The notes under the pieces: model-generated
The model's input: the letters and a program-made list of their open reading frames with translations, nothing else
Databases searched by the model: none
Told to the model about the DNA's origin: nothing
Translations under genes and position numbers: made by a program
Source of the DNA: Pristiophorus japonicus
Taxonomy: Eukaryota
NCBI RefSeq assembly: GCF_044704955.1
Contig: NC_091985.1
Location: 120,218,001-120,282,000 of the forward strand
DNA: 64,000 nucleotides
Direction of reading: 5' to 3'
Shown here: piece after piece, positions 62,132-64,000 of the stretch
Layout: each line of letters opens with the position of its first letter
Position numbering within the stretch: the first letter of the stretch is position 1

Positions 62132-64000
62132 ATGGATCTCCTCCTTGAATGCCTCCCACTGTTCCGACACTGATTTACCCACAAGTAGCTGTTTTCAGTC
62201 CACTGGCCAAATCACTCCTTAACTTAGCAAAATTAGCTTTTCCCCAATTCGGGACTTTTATTCCAGGCCTATCCTTGTCCTTATCCATAACCAACTTGAA
62301 TCTGATTGAATAATGGCCAAACATGTGCCCTTTAAAAAAAAAAGATTGGGAATAACAATTCTAGAGCCTCCTGGATGTCTAGGGACTTACAGGAGAGAAT
62401 AAAGAAAAAAGGGACGCTTATGTCATATACCAACGGCTAAATATTATAGAATCTTTAGAGGAATATAGAAAGTTAAGAGGCAAAATTAAAAAGGATATTA
62501 GGAATGCTAAGAGAGACCACGAAAAATTCTTGGCTAGTAAAATTAAGGAAAACCCTAAGATGTTCTATAAATATATTAAGAGTAAGAGGGTAACTAAAGA
62601 AAGGATAGGGCCTATTAGAGACCATGAGGGTAATCTTTGTGTGGAGGCGGAAGATGTTGGTAAGGTTTTTAACGAATACTTTGCAGGAAGGGGGCAATGC
62701 AGAAACTGCTATCGAGGAGGAGTGTGATACTCTGGATGAAATAAGTATAGTTAGGGGGGAAGTATTAAGGGGTTTAGCAGCTTTGAAAATAGATAAGTCC
62801 CCAGACCCGGATGAAATGCATCACAGGCTGTTGAGCGAAGTAAGAGAGGAAATAGCAGAGGCCTTGACAATCATTTTCCAGTCCTCTTTGGATTTGGGCA
62901 TGGTGCCGGAGGATTGGAGGACTGCTAATGTAGTACCCTTGTTTAAGAAGGGAGAAAGGGATAGACCGAGTAATTACAGGCCTGTTGGAAAAAATCCTGA
63001 AAGACAAGATAAATCTACATTTGGAAAGTAGGGATTAATTAGGGACAGTCAGCACGGATTTGTTAAGGGAAGATAGTGTTTGACTAACCTGATTGAATTT
63101 TTTGAGGAGGTAACCAAGAGGGTCGATGAGGGTAGTGTGTACGATGTAGTGTATATGAACTTTAGCAAAGCTTCTGATAAGGTCCCACATGGTAGGGTGG
63201 TCAAGAAGGTTAAAGTCCATGGGATCCAAGGCAAAGTGTCAAGTTGGATCCAAAATTGGCTTGGAGGTAGGAAGCAAAGGGTAATGGTTGATGGATGTTT
63301 TTGTGACTGAAAGGATATTTCAAGTGGGGTTCCGCAGGGCTCAGTACTGGGTCCCTTGCTTTTTGTGGTATATATCAACGATTTAGATTTGAATATAGGG
63401 AGTATGATTAAGAAGTTTGCAAACGACAATAAAATTGGCTGTGTGGTGATAATGAAGAGGAAAGTCATGGGCTGCAGGAGGATATCAATCTACTGGTCAG
63501 GTGGGCAGAGCAGTGGTAAATGGAATTTAATTCAGAGAAGTGTGAGTTGATGCACTTTGGGAGGGCTAATAAGGAAAGGGTATAAACATTAAGTGGTAGG
63601 CCACTTAATAGTGTAGATGAACAAAGGGACCTTGGAGTGCTTGTCCACAGATCCCTGAAAGTAGCAGGCCAGGTGGATAAGGTGGTTAAGAAGGCATACG
63701 GAATGCTTGCCTTTATTGGCCGAGGCATAGAATATAAGAGCAGGGAGGTTATGCTTAAATTGCATAATACTTTGGTTAGGCCACAGCTGGAGTACTGCGT
63801 GCAGTTCTGGTCGCAGTATTATAGGAAGGACGTGATTGCACTGGAGAAAGTGCAGAGGAGATTTACTAGGATTCTGCCTGGAATGGAGAATCTTAGTTAT
63901 GAGGACAGATTGGATAGGCTGGGTTTGTTCTTATTGGAACAGAGGCAGTTGAGAGAAGACCTCATTGAGGTGTACAAAATATTGAGGGGCCTGGACATAG
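62132..64000 (+). mobile_element. CR1 LINE ORF2, disrupted, with an inverted 5' segment (62132-62316); runs off the window end
   Basis: KENPKMFYKYI, KSPDPD, NYRPV, TNLIEFFEEVT, KFANDNK and PQLEYCVQFWS. The minus-strand piece encodes the upstream NWGKANF...QWEAFKEEI. Confidence 0.92.

Noticed and set aside
55660-64000. SPRED2 EVH1-coding exons
   Set aside because: I found no matching peptide such as FHHW or FGLTFQS. They presumably lie beyond the window.

Overview
Vertebrate genomic DNA, most likely a shark or other elasmobranch (inferred from the CR1, L2, DeuSINE-like and Penelope repeat set). The only host gene is SPRED2 on the minus strand. Its last three coding exons are at 55595-55659, 12256-12405 and 4112-4762, with a probable 3' UTR of about 2.9 kb ending near 1230. 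The EVH1-coding exons lie beyond the right edge. The ~43 kb intron (12406-55594) and the other introns are full of mobile elements. These include a full-length but disabled 4.5 kb PIF/Harbinger transposon (convergent Myb/SANT-like gene and DDE transposase), five non-autonomous Harbinger-type elements with TIRs (four with matching 3-bp TSDs), many CR1 and L2 LINE fragments, tRNA-headed SINEs, a hAT MITE, a Tigger-like MITE, Penelope remnants with hammerhead ribozyme relics, and tandem repeats. No prokaryote-style novel system is supported. The most interesting leads are a duplicated FxGF motif in the Harbinger Myb partner, a conserved subterminal palindrome in the Harbinger family, a twin-priming-type 5' inversion in a CR1 copy, and the Penelope hammerhead. 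Repeat boundaries were read by eye and are approximate unless TIR or TSD coordinates are given.
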